A DNA stretch of 36,879 nt from Bacteroidales bacterium (lineage in GTDB: Bacteria > Bacteroidota > Bacteroidia > Bacteroidales > WCHB1-69). Under the pieces are notes generated by a model. The model saw nothing but the letters and a program-made list of their open reading frames with translations, had not been told where the DNA came from and ran no database searches. The stretch lies in assembly GCA_031272415.1 (NCBI GenBank), contig JAISTU010000207.1:1-36879 (forward strand), given 5' to 3'. The first letter of the stretch is position 1; each line of letters begins with the position of its first letter. A program made the translations under genes and the position numbers. This document shows positions 1 through 8,305 of the stretch, in pieces.

Positions 1-132
1 GTTACGATTTAGCGGGGGAGGGCACTACATTTCAAAAAAACCGTTTCTGAAAAATATAAAACACTGATAATCAAATAGTTAATTTTTTTCTCAAAATGAC
101 AAGACCGTCGAAGTCGGGGATATATTAAAGAA

Positions 133-174
133 AATAATTCTCAATTCTCCATTTTCAATTCTCCATTCTCCATT
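133..174. repeat. Short-word repeat block (aataattctcaattctccattttcaattctccattctccatt)
   Basis: The same 'ccattctcaattctc / gagaattgagaatgg' words recur at 4124-4150 and 10914-10930 in opposite orientation, and at 23111-23140 in the same orientation. Confidence 0.7.
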
Positions 175-189
175 ATTTTTGTTCAATTT

Positions 190-234
190 TTAGAACAAAT
201 TTATCCTAAAATGCAAAAAAAATCTACACTCTAA
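190..234 (+). repeat. Repeat module 'ttagaac-N10-aaaatgcaaaaaaaa-tctacactctaa'
   Basis: Near-identical copies at 9027-9078, 12420-12468, 23145-23198, 26078-26110, 31817-31843 (partial), 10926-10970 (minus orientation) and inside a CDS at 17333-17365. Confidence 0.85.
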
Positions 235-237
235 TTT

Positions 238-257
238 GGGCAAAGCATGCTTTGCCC
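238..257. repeat. Perfect 20-nt palindrome gggcaaagcatgctttgccc (repeat module)
   Basis: The sequence is its own reverse complement. A sister copy, gggcaaggcatgccttgccc, lies at 4384-4403 and a degenerate copy at about 12473-12490. Both good copies are followed by 'ctaca'. Confidence 0.85.
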
Positions 258-281
258 CTACAATCTCTTAAATTTTCATCT

Positions 282-314
282 TTAATTTTTAATTGGCAAA
301 AAGGTGTATCTTTG
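282..314 (+). promoter_or_regulatory. Promoter cassette: ttaatttttaattg-N11-TATCTTTG (Bacteroidota -7 box TAnnTTTG)
   Basis: TATCTTTG at 307-314 lies 46 nt upstream of the ATG at 360. The same cassette occurs upstream of six other genes in the window. Confidence 0.7.
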
Positions 315-359
315 TAATTTATGCTTATATAAAAAAAATATTTCTAAAATAAGTAAAAA

Positions 360-3300
360 ATGAGAAGGCATTTTAAAATTTTGATTATTTGTATAGGATT
401 GATATTGAGTTTGTTACATACAGAGGCACAATTCTATAACGGCTATAATCTTACTTTTGGCAAAAATAGGATACAGTACGAAAATAGAGTCTGGAACTAT
501 TATCGCACACCGATTGTTGATATTTATTATTACTCACAAGGCAAAGAATTGGCACAGTCGGCGGCTCAAAAAATGCAATCTATCATCACACAAATGGAGC
601 AAAAAATTGGGGTTTCACTCGAAAGGAAGATACAATTGATAATTTATGCACGTCAATCGGATTTTATGCAGTCTAATATTGGCTTGCAGAATGACCAATT
701 TTACAATATAGGTGGAGTAACGCAGGTGTATGGGGACAAAATAATTTTATTTTTTGACGGCAATAGTGGTCATTTTTTTGAGGCTTTACAGGCGGGCGTG
801 GCGGGTTTATTTGTTAATTATTTGACTTTCGGCAGTGGTTTGGCGGCAGAAATCACTTCTTCTTACCGCTCCGATATACCTCAATGGTTTACCGGCGGTG
901 CAACGGCTTTTTTGTCTAAAAAATGGACACAAACGCAACAATCTCAATTAAAAAATAGTTTTATTGCAAAAAAATATAAAAAATTATACAAATTAAGTTT
1001 TGAGGAGCAACAATTGGCAGGATTTTCGTTTTGGAACTATGTATCAAAGACTTACGGTGAGACGGCAGTGCCTATGATATTATATTATACAGGGATTTCT
1101 AAAAATTATGAAAAAGGTTTTTTGTATGCCATTGGGACAGACTTTAGAGATATTTTTGAGGCTTGGTTGTCGGCGTGTGAGAATGAATTTGCTGTAAATC
1201 ACGGAGATACAAAAACCATTGGGGCGGATTTAGTCAAATACAAAAAACGGACGCACTATATTGAGCCCAAAATTTCGCCCGATGGCACAACTTTAGCATA
1301 TATCACAAATAAAGAGGGCAAGGTGAAAATATTTTTGCAAAATTTAGAAACAAAAAAACGTCAATGTATTTATTCTCAACATTATAGCATTGAAGATAGA
1401 CCTGATTACAGTTCGCCTTTAATTGAGTGGCATCCTTTGGGGGAGCAATTGACAATGTGCATCGAATGGCATGATAAAGTGTATTTGAAAAATTATACAT
1501 TAAAAACCAAAAAATGGAGTCAAAGGCAGGTGATTTTTATCAATAAAGTGGTTGATTTTTCTTATGATTTGGCCGGAAAAAGGATGGCAATGAGTTGCGT
1601 AAATCACGGACAATCAGATATTTACATCTACAATTTAGCCTCACGTTCTCTTATTCAAATCACTAATGATAAGGCGGACGACTGTGGAGCGGTCTTTGTT
1701 TATGGCGATAAAATGCTGGCTTTCAGTTCAAACCGAACAAATGATACTTTGGGTAAAGAGAAGGATGATTATCTCGACAATAACATGGATTTGTTTCTCT
1801 ATGATGTTGAAAAAGAGAGCAAAAACCTCACCAAAATAACTAAAACACCACAGGCAAACGAGAGCGGAATTTGCAATGCAGGGGAAAATAAAATCATGTA
1901 TATAAGCAAAGATAATCACAAAATTGTTCGCTATCTTGGTGAATTTCAGAGCGTTATAAGTCATATAGATACTTCCGTTCATTACGATTTTCGATTGGTA
2001 ACCCAGCCTGTGGAAAAATATACGGATGTGGACATTGAACAACAAAATTTATCAACAGACGGGCAAACAATTTATGAACAAGTGTTTAAAAATGGGCGTT
2101 GGTTGTTGGCAACACAAAATTTAAAAGAAGAAAGCGACAATGAATTTATAGAAATTACGCAAAATGCTGATATTCAATTAGATGTATCTATTCCCAAAGA
2201 TAGCCTTTCATTAGATAGCACAAGGGCAGTAAAAATAAAACGATTGCGACAAGTTAGAATGTCAGAAGTATTTGGAAATCAGAAAGATACAAGTTTAAAT
2301 GCCGATAAAAAGGAAAATAATTTACCCGTTTTTGAAAATAATTCCGCAAGCGCCGATACTCTTGTTTTGTTGCAAAGGGGTTATCAGGTGCAATATTTTA
2401 TCAGCGAGTTGGTGGCGCAGGCAGATTTTGGTTTTCTTAATGATGCCTATCAGCAGTATGTTCGTTCCACGTCTCCGATTTATCTTAATGCGGGTTTAAA
2501 TGCGTTTGCGATGGTTGGCATTAGGGATTTATTGGAAGATTTTCGCATGTCGGCGGGCGGACGTCTGTCGGTGGATTTGGGCGATATTGAATGTTTTTAT
2601 AGTTTTGAAAATTTAAAGCAAAGACTTGATAGACAAGTGTTTATATTTTATAGAACGCAAAAATACACCTTCTCACAAACCGACATTCGCCAACAAACGG
2701 CTACTGTTTATTATCGTTTAAAATATCCTTTTGACCGCATTAACAGTCTTTTAACTACATTTGCTTTGCGTTACAATCAAACCGATTATCGCTCGGCGTC
2801 AGACCTTAATGTGCTCAAACACACCGCAGAAAGGAGTTTTTGGACATATATTAAAGAAGAATATACGATTGATGCCTCTAAACAGTTGGATGTCAATATG
2901 TTAAAAGGTTTTCGGGGGAAGATATTTGCAGAATTTTATTTCACCCCTGACAAAAAATTTGAAAATATGCTCGTTTATGGCTTTGATTTTCGGCATTATA
3001 CTCAATTGGACAAAACGTTGATATGGGCAAATCGCTTAGCAGGTAGCGGCTCGTTAGGGAAAAACAGGCTCATTTATTATATGGGCGGTGTGGATAATTG
3101 GATTTTTGCCAAATTTAATTCCGAAACTTCGGTAGATACAACTATCAATTACAGTTATCAAACATTGGCGACCAATATGCGTGGATTTGAGCAAAATATA
3201 CGCAATGGCAACAATTTTGTGGTTTTAAATTCCGAATTAAGGTGGCAAATTTTTCAGTCTTTGTTTGCCCGTCCGTTGCGGAGTGAATTTTTGCGGACAT

Positions 3301-3569
3301 TTCAGTTAGTTGCATTTGGGGATGTAGGCACGGCGTGGAACGGTTGGAGTCCTTACGACCCCGATAATGCACTCTATACCAGAACAGTAACGCAAGGCGA
3401 TTTGACCATCAGTTTTCGCCGTGAAATAGAGCCGATTGTTGCCGGCTTTGGCATTGGGGCACGTTTTATGCTTTTTTCTTATTTTATTCGCTTGGATTAT
3501 GCGTGGGGTGTTTCCAATTACAAAATCAACAAAGGTGTTTTTTACCTTTCATTAAATTTGGATTTTTAA
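360..3569 (+). CDS. Large outer-membrane protein with TolB-like PD40 beta-propeller repeats and a C-terminal Omp85/surface-antigen-like beta-barrel
   Basis: 1069-aa ORF downstream of a promoter cassette. It has a signal peptide (MRRHFKILIICIGLILSLLHTEAQ). PD40-like repeats include ISPDGTTLAYITNKEGKVKIFLQNL and GQSDIYIYNLASRSLIQITND. The C-terminus has an alternating hydrophobic pattern ending in Phe (GFGIGARFMLFSYFIRLDYAWGV...FYLSLNLDF). Confidence 0.75.
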   Translation: MRRHFKILIICIGLILSLLHTEAQFYNGYNLTFGKNRIQYENRVWNYYRTPIVDIYYYSQGKELAQSAAQKMQSIITQMEQKIGVSLERKIQLIIYARQSDFMQSNIGLQNDQFYNIGGVTQVYGDKIILFFDGNSGHFFEALQAGVAGLFVNYLTFGSGLAAEITSSYRSDIPQWFTGGATAFLSKKWTQTQQSQLKNSFIAKKYKKLYKLSFEEQQLAGFSFWNYVSKTYGETAVPMILYYTGISKNYEKGFLYAIGTDFRDIFEAWLSACENEFAVNHGDTKTIGADLVKYKKRTHYIEPKISPDGTTLAYITNKEGKVKIFLQNLETKKRQCIYSQHYSIEDRPDYSSPLIEWHPLGEQLTMCIEWHDKVYLKNYTLKTKKWSQRQVIFINKVVDFSYDLAGKRMAMSCVNHGQSDIYIYNLASRSLIQITNDKADDCGAVFVYGDKMLAFSSNRTNDTLGKEKDDYLDNNMDLFLYDVEKESKNLTKITKTPQANESGICNAGENKIMYISKDNHKIVRYLGEFQSVISHIDTSVHYDFRLVTQPVEKYTDVDIEQQNLSTDGQTIYEQVFKNGRWLLATQNLKEESDNEFIEITQNADIQLDVSIPKDSLSLDSTRAVKIKRLRQVRMSEVFGNQKDTSLNADKKENNLPVFENNSASADTLVLLQRGYQVQYFISELVAQADFGFLNDAYQQYVRSTSPIYLNAGLNAFAMVGIRDLLEDFRMSAGGRLSVDLGDIECFYSFENLKQRLDRQVFIFYRTQKYTFSQTDIRQQTATVYYRLKYPFDRINSLLTTFALRYNQTDYRSASDLNVLKHTAERSFWTYIKEEYTIDASKQLDVNMLKGFRGKIFAEFYFTPDKKFENMLVYGFDFRHYTQLDKTLIWANRLAGSGSLGKNRLIYYMGGVDNWIFAKFNSETSVDTTINYSYQTLATNMRGFEQNIRNGNNFVVLNSELRWQIFQSLFARPLRSEFLRTFQLVAFGDVGTAWNGWSPYDPDNALYTRTVTQGDLTISFRREIEPIVAGFGIGARFMLFSYFIRLDYAWGVSNYKINKGVFYLSLNLDF

Positions 3570-3595
3570 TAAATTTTTTTTACAATAATAAATAT

Positions 3596-4132
3596 ATGAT
3601 AATCAATCAGTTAATAATAAAAAATATTATTTTAGGGGCTGCATTTTGCTTGATTTCCAATTCTCTTTTATCGCAATCGGATAGCATTGTTGAGCCGATA
3701 ATTGTTGGAGAAACTTCATTGGAGCAACTTTTATCCATTGATAATTTTCGGACAGAATTTGAAATGTATTATTCTCAATATCAATTAGATACGGAACAAT
3801 TGGAAAAAATAACGACTCTTTTTTCAGACTATCAAAATCAACATTTTCATATTGTTGCCATTGTTGGTTCATGGTGCGGAGATACCAAAGAACAATTGCC
3901 GATTTTGTTGAAAATTCTCTCTGCAACTGCCCTAAAAGACGTGGAAATCACTTATATTGCGGTCAATAGGGACAAAAAAGCAGGTCAAAAAGATGTTACC
4001 GAATATGCTGTTGAAAGAATACCTATTTTTTTGTTTTATGCCAATGAACAATTGCTGGGAAAAATAGTGGAAACTCCCCGCCAAAGTATGGAAAAAGATA
4101 TAATTGAAATATTTAGGTCAATGGAGAATTGA
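3596..4132 (+). CDS. Secreted thioredoxin-fold protein with a monothiol CGDT motif
   Basis: The internal ATG at 3596 gives a signal-like N-terminus (MIINQLIIKNIILGAAFCLISNSLLSQ) and removes overlap with the upstream gene. The thioredoxin-like signature VAIVGSWCGDTKEQLP has Thr in place of the second Cys, followed by ...ERIPIFLFY. The last codons and the stop lie inside a repeat element. Confidence 0.65.
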   Translation: MIINQLIIKNIILGAAFCLISNSLLSQSDSIVEPIIVGETSLEQLLSIDNFRTEFEMYYSQYQLDTEQLEKITTLFSDYQNQHFHIVAIVGSWCGDTKEQLPILLKILSATALKDVEITYIAVNRDKKAGQKDVTEYAVERIPIFLFYANEQLLGKIVETPRQSMEKDIIEIFRSMEN

Positions 4133-4369
4133 GAATTGAGAATTATTTTTTTTGCATTTTTGCACCACCTTGTCTGAACTGTGATTTTGAATGATTAACA
4201 TGATTGCTATGATTTCACACAAATCAAAAAAATCATACGAAAATCAAAGTTCAGACAATTTTATAATCATGCTAATCCTGTAAATCTTATGAAAATCGTG
4301 GTTCAGACGAGAAATGTCTAATTTTAGAAATGCAAAAAAAATAAATCTCAAATCTCCATTCTCAATTTC
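4124..4369. repeat. MITE-like composite element bounded by terminal inverted repeats of about 40 nt
   Basis: The left end is gagaattgagaattgagaattattttttttgcatttttgcac (4124-4165). The right end is aaatgcaaaaaaaataaatctcaaatctccattctcaatttc (4328-4369), an imperfect reverse complement. The interior holds a long hairpin, gtctgaac...gttcagac (4172-4256), and a second gttcagac arm at 4301-4308. Confidence 0.75.
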
Positions 4370-4383
4370 CTTTCACCTTTTTT

Positions 4384-4431
4384 GGGCAAGGCATGCCTTG
4401 CCCCTACACAAAAAACGGCAAGGATGCCGTT
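4384..4431. repeat. Palindrome gggcaaggcatgccttgccc plus adjacent hairpin aacggca-aggatgccgtt
   Basis: 4384-4403 is a perfect palindrome and a sister of 238-257. At 4411-4431, aacggca pairs with tgccgtt. Confidence 0.75.
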
Positions 4432-4480
4432 TCTACAATTCTTAAATTTTAATTCTTAATAAAAAATTTTTTTTCATTTT

Positions 4481-4513
4481 TTAATTTTTAATTGAAAAAA
4501 TTGTGTATCTTTG
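4481..4513 (+). promoter_or_regulatory. Promoter cassette ttaatttttaattg-N11-TATCTTTG for the hydrogenase operon
   Basis: Same cassette as 282-314. The -7 box at 4506-4513 is 87 nt upstream of the ATG at 4600. Confidence 0.7.
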
Positions 4514-4599
4514 TAAATGCCTTTGTAAAAAGGGGAATTTATTTGGTAAAAAAATAACAAATTTTAAAAACGAGAATTAAATAAATTATAATAAAAAAC

Positions 4600-4980
4600 A
4601 TGGACAAAATCAAATCTTTAGCAGATTTACAAGCGAAAAAAGAGAGTCTTTTGGCGACAATGGCTCAAACGAATGAACAAGATGTTCAAATTAAAGTGGC
4701 GATGGCTACATGCGGAATTGCTGCGGGTGCAAAAGAAGTGATGGACACGATGTCAGATATTTGTGAGGCAAAGGGTGTCAAAACAAATATTTCTCAAACC
4801 GGTTGCATGGGCTATTGCTATGCCGAGCCGACAGTAGAGATTAAAAAACCGGGCAAAGAGCCTATCGTTTTTGGATATGTAAATGCAGCAAAAGCAAAAG
4901 AAATTGTAGAAAAATACATTCTTAATGACGAAATTATAGAAGGTGTTATTCCGCAAAATTATCAATCAATTGACAACTAA
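4600..4980 (+). CDS. Small thioredoxin-like [2Fe-2S] ferredoxin subunit of a multimeric [FeFe]-hydrogenase (HydD-like)
   Basis: 126 aa, first gene of the operon. Cys pattern is ATCGIAAG...QTGCMGYCYAEP. It resembles the separate small 2Fe-2S subunit or N-terminal extension of NuoF-like HydB proteins. Confidence 0.7.
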   Translation: MDKIKSLADLQAKKESLLATMAQTNEQDVQIKVAMATCGIAAGAKEVMDTMSDICEAKGVKTNISQTGCMGYCYAEPTVEIKKPGKEPIVFGYVNAAKAKEIVEKYILNDEIIEGVIPQNYQSIDN

Positions 4981-5004
4981 ATTAAATTTTATAAGTTAAA
5001 AAAC

Positions 5005-6474
5005 ATGGACGTAAATAAAAAACAATTGCGTATAGCATTACGCAACTGCGGTTTTATAGACCCTGAAAATATTGATCAATACATTGTTCGCGACGGCTAT
5101 ATGGCATTAGCGAATGTATTGATGCAAAACAATCCGCAAGCGGCAATAGAGGTTGTTAAAAAATCCGGTTTACGCGGACGCGGAGGTGGCGGTTTTCCTA
5201 CCGGATTGAAATGGGAGTTGGCAAGTAAAAATCCTTCAGACCAAAAATACATGATATGTAATGCAGACGAGGGCGATCCGGGCGCATTCATGGATAGGTC
5301 TATTTTGGAAGGCGACCCTCACAGCGTAATAGAAGCAATGGCAATAGGCGGGTTCTGTATAGGTGCTACAAAAGGATTGATTTATATTCGCGCCGAATAT
5401 CCGTTGGCAATTAAACGTTTGGAAATTGCTATTGCACAAGCCAGAGAATATGGATTTTTAGGTCAAAAAATATTAGGTTCTGATTTTGATTTTGACCTTG
5501 AATTGCGTTACGGAGCGGGGGCTTTTGTATGTGGTGAAGAGACGGCTTTAATTCATTCAATGGAAGGTATGCGTGGAGAGCCGACTTTTAAACCCCCATT
5601 TCCGGCACAAGAAGGTTATCTTAAAAAACCATCTAATGTAAACAATGTAGAAACTTTTGCCAATATACCTGTTATTTTCAACAAAGGTTGGGAGTGGTTT
5701 TCATCTATTGGAACGGAAAAATCAAAAGGTACAAAAGTGTTTGCCCTTGCCGGACAGATTAACAATGTAGGATTGATAGAAGTACCGATGGGAATTACAT
5801 TGCGGGAAGTTATTTTTGAAATCGGAGGAGGCATCAAAGGGGGGAAGCAATTCAAAGCCGTTCAAACCGGTGGCCCTTCCGGCGGTTGTTTAACGGAGGC
5901 ATTTTTGGATACACCTATAGATTATGACAATTTGATTGCAGCCGGCTCTATGATGGGCTCAGGCGGTATGATTGTCATGGACGAAACAAGTTGTATGCCG
6001 GCGGTAGCACGATTTTATTTGGATTTTACTGTTGAGGAGTCTTGTGGAAAATGTACTCCCTGTCGTATCGGAAATAAAAGGCTTTGCGAAATTTTGGATA
6101 AAATTATTGAAGGAAAAGGTACAATGGATGACTTAACTATTTTGAAAAATTTAAGTCAAGTTATCAAAGATACAGCCCTTTGCGGATTAGGACAAACCTC
6201 TCCTAACCCTATTTTATCTACTATTGACCATTTTTGGGATGAATATGTGGCACACGTTACCAACAAAAAATGTCCTGCCGGTCAGTGTAAGTCAATGAAA
6301 CAGTATATTATTGATGCAGAGCAATGTATAGGCTGTACGGCTTGTGCAAGGGCTTGTCCTGTGGGGGCTATCAAAGGTGAAAAGAAAAATCCACATAGTA
6401 TCAATCAAGACCTTTGTATCAAATGCGGGGCTTGTTATGAAAAATGTAAATTTAACGCAATCAGTATTATTTAA
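5005..6474 (+). CDS. hydB: NuoF-like NAD(P)H/FMN-binding subunit of a multimeric [FeFe]-hydrogenase
   Basis: GLRGRGGGGFPTGLKW (FMN/NADH-site motif of NuoF), EESCGKCTPCRIG (N3-type 4Fe-4S), and two C-terminal ferredoxin motifs, CIGCTACARACP and CIKCGACYEKC. Confidence 0.9.
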   Translation: MDVNKKQLRIALRNCGFIDPENIDQYIVRDGYMALANVLMQNNPQAAIEVVKKSGLRGRGGGGFPTGLKWELASKNPSDQKYMICNADEGDPGAFMDRSILEGDPHSVIEAMAIGGFCIGATKGLIYIRAEYPLAIKRLEIAIAQAREYGFLGQKILGSDFDFDLELRYGAGAFVCGEETALIHSMEGMRGEPTFKPPFPAQEGYLKKPSNVNNVETFANIPVIFNKGWEWFSSIGTEKSKGTKVFALAGQINNVGLIEVPMGITLREVIFEIGGGIKGGKQFKAVQTGGPSGGCLTEAFLDTPIDYDNLIAAGSMMGSGGMIVMDETSCMPAVARFYLDFTVEESCGKCTPCRIGNKRLCEILDKIIEGKGTMDDLTILKNLSQVIKDTALCGLGQTSPNPILSTIDHFWDEYVAHVTNKKCPAGQCKSMKQYIIDAEQCIGCTACARACPVGAIKGEKKNPHSINQDLCIKCGACYEKCKFNAISII

Positions 6475-6476
6475 TC

Positions 6477-6485
6477 AAAAAGGAG
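6477..6485 (+). promoter_or_regulatory. Shine-Dalgarno-like site (aaaaggag) 10 nt before the hydA ATG
   Basis: aaaaggagtaagagtttaATG. Confidence 0.5.
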
Positions 6486-6495
6486 TAAGAGTTTA

Positions 6496-8274
6496 ATGGA
6501 AAATATTAAATTAACCATAGATAATAAAGAAATTGAGGTTGCAGCAGGAACAACTATTTTAAAGGCTGCACGTTTGCACAATATTGAAATACCTACATTG
6601 TGTTATTTTGACCTCAAAGGGATGGACATTACCAACAAACCGGGCAGTTGTCGTATTTGTACGGTAGAAATTGAGGGACGTAAAAATTTAGCCCCTGCTT
6701 GTATTACCGAATGTATGCCCGGAATGATAGTTAGAACCAACAATATCAGGGTTTTAAATGCAAGACGTTCGGTGCTTGAATTATTGCTTTCTGACCATCC
6801 GACAGATTGTTTGATTTGTCCAAAAAGTGGCAATTGTGAACTGCAAGCATTAGCAGTAAGATTTGGCATACGTGAATTGCCTTATCAAGGAGAAAAATCA
6901 TCACATAAGCGCGATAAATCACCTGCTATTTTGCGGGATATGGACAAATGTGTAATGTGTCGGCGTTGTGAAATGATGTGCAATAAATTCCAAACTGTCG
7001 GGGCGCTTTCTGCGGTCAATAGAGGTTTTAATGCGGTTGTTGCGCCTGCATTTGAGGATAGCCTTTCGCAAACAGCATGTACATTTTGTGGTCAATGCGT
7101 AGCCGTTTGTCCGGTAGGTGCTTTGTCGGAAGTCAATCATACTGCGAGCGTTATACGTGCTATCAATGACCCCAAAAAGACTGTTGTAGTGCAAACTGCC
7201 CCTGCGGTAAGGGTTGCTATTGGAGAAGAATTTCGCATGAAACCCGGCACCATTGCAACAGGTCAAATGTCAGCGGCTTTACGGCGTTTAGGCTTTGATT
7301 ATGTGTTTGATACGGATTGGAGTGCCGACTTAACCATTATGGAAGAAGGTACGGAATTGTTGGGCAGATTGAACAAATATTTAGCGGGCGATAAAGAAGT
7401 AAAAATGCCTCTTTTGACCTCCTGCTGTCCTGCATGGGTAAAGTTTTTTGAACATCAATTCCCTGATTTAAAAGACATACCATCTACCGCCAAATCACCT
7501 CAACAAATGTTTGGGGCAATTGCTAAAAATTATTTTGCACAAAAAATCGGTGTTAAAAGAGAAGATTTGATAGTGGTTTCCGTAATGCCTTGTTTAGCAA
7601 AGAAATATGAACTTTCACGTGATGAGTTTAAGACCGACAACAATCCTGATGTTGATTTTTCTATCACCACACGCGAATTGGCAGCATTGATTAAACAAGC
7701 CAATATTGATTTTTCATCTTTGCCGGAAGAAGATTTTGACTCACCATTGGGCGAATCTACCGGTGCAGGTGTTATATTCGGAACAACCGGCGGTGTAATT
7801 GAGGCGGCAGTTCGGACTGCGTATGAGATACATACAGGAAAGCCTTGTCCGTCAATAGATTTTACGGAATTGCGTGGTTTAGAAGGCATTCGCTCGGCAA
7901 CAATAGATTTTGACGGTTTGCCTATCAATATTGGAATTGCACACGGATTGAGCAATGCCAGAAAGTTATTGGAGGAAATTCGGGAAGGAAAAAGCCAATT
8001 TCATGCTATCGAAATTATGGCTTGTCCGGGCGGTTGTATCAATGGAGGCGGTCAACCACTTAACCATGGCGACAGTCGGATAATACAAGCCCGCTGGGAA
8101 GCCATTTACAAGGCAGACAAAGATAAACCTATCCGTAAATCTCACGAAAATAAATCAGTACAACAATTGTACAAAGAATTTTTGGGAGAACCTTGTGGCG
8201 AAAAGGCGCATCATTTGTTGCATACGCACTATTTTAAGCGTAAAACAGAATTTGAAGTAGATTTAGATAAATAA
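6496..8274 (+). CDS. hydA: [FeFe]-hydrogenase catalytic subunit (long, multi-cluster form)
   Basis: Three H-cluster motifs are present: TSCCPAWV, MPCLAKKYE and EIMACPGGCINGGGQP. The N-terminus has a 2Fe-2S ferredoxin-like domain and two 4Fe-4S motifs (CVMCRRCEMMC, CTFCGQCVAVCP). Confidence 0.95.
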   Translation: MENIKLTIDNKEIEVAAGTTILKAARLHNIEIPTLCYFDLKGMDITNKPGSCRICTVEIEGRKNLAPACITECMPGMIVRTNNIRVLNARRSVLELLLSDHPTDCLICPKSGNCELQALAVRFGIRELPYQGEKSSHKRDKSPAILRDMDKCVMCRRCEMMCNKFQTVGALSAVNRGFNAVVAPAFEDSLSQTACTFCGQCVAVCPVGALSEVNHTASVIRAINDPKKTVVVQTAPAVRVAIGEEFRMKPGTIATGQMSAALRRLGFDYVFDTDWSADLTIMEEGTELLGRLNKYLAGDKEVKMPLLTSCCPAWVKFFEHQFPDLKDIPSTAKSPQQMFGAIAKNYFAQKIGVKREDLIVVSVMPCLAKKYELSRDEFKTDNNPDVDFSITTRELAALIKQANIDFSSLPEEDFDSPLGESTGAGVIFGTTGGVIEAAVRTAYEIHTGKPCPSIDFTELRGLEGIRSATIDFDGLPINIGIAHGLSNARKLLEEIREGKSQFHAIEIMACPGGCINGGGQPLNHGDSRIIQARWEAIYKADKDKPIRKSHENKSVQQLYKEFLGEPCGEKAHHLLHTHYFKRKTEFEVDLDK

Positions 8275-8291
8275 TTGATTAACAAAGAAAT

Positions 8292-8297
8292 AAGGAG
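8292..8297 (+). promoter_or_regulatory. Shine-Dalgarno-like site (aaggag) 8 nt before the hydC ATG
   Basis: taaggagatatagatATG. Confidence 0.5.
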
Positions 8298-8305
8298 ATA
8301 TAGAT

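Noticed and set aside
3503-3595. Upstream ATG at 3503 for the thioredoxin-like gene, as given in the ORF track.
   Set aside because: It would overlap the preceding gene by 67 nt and add a non-signal N-terminus. The ATG at 3596 gives a typical signal peptide.
4124-4150. Tandem gagaattgagaattgagaatt (also at 133-174, 10914-10930 and 23017-23036) looked at first glance like a CRISPR or other short-repeat array.
   Set aside because: The units are only 7-8 nt and directly abutting, with no spacers, and there are two or three copies per site. They form the ends of the MITE-like elements. No cas genes are present.
6496-8274. In-frame stop or selenocysteine recoding, or missing H-cluster residues, in the hydrogenase genes.
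   Set aside because: All four ORFs are uninterrupted and the three H-cluster motifs are intact. Nothing suggests recoding.
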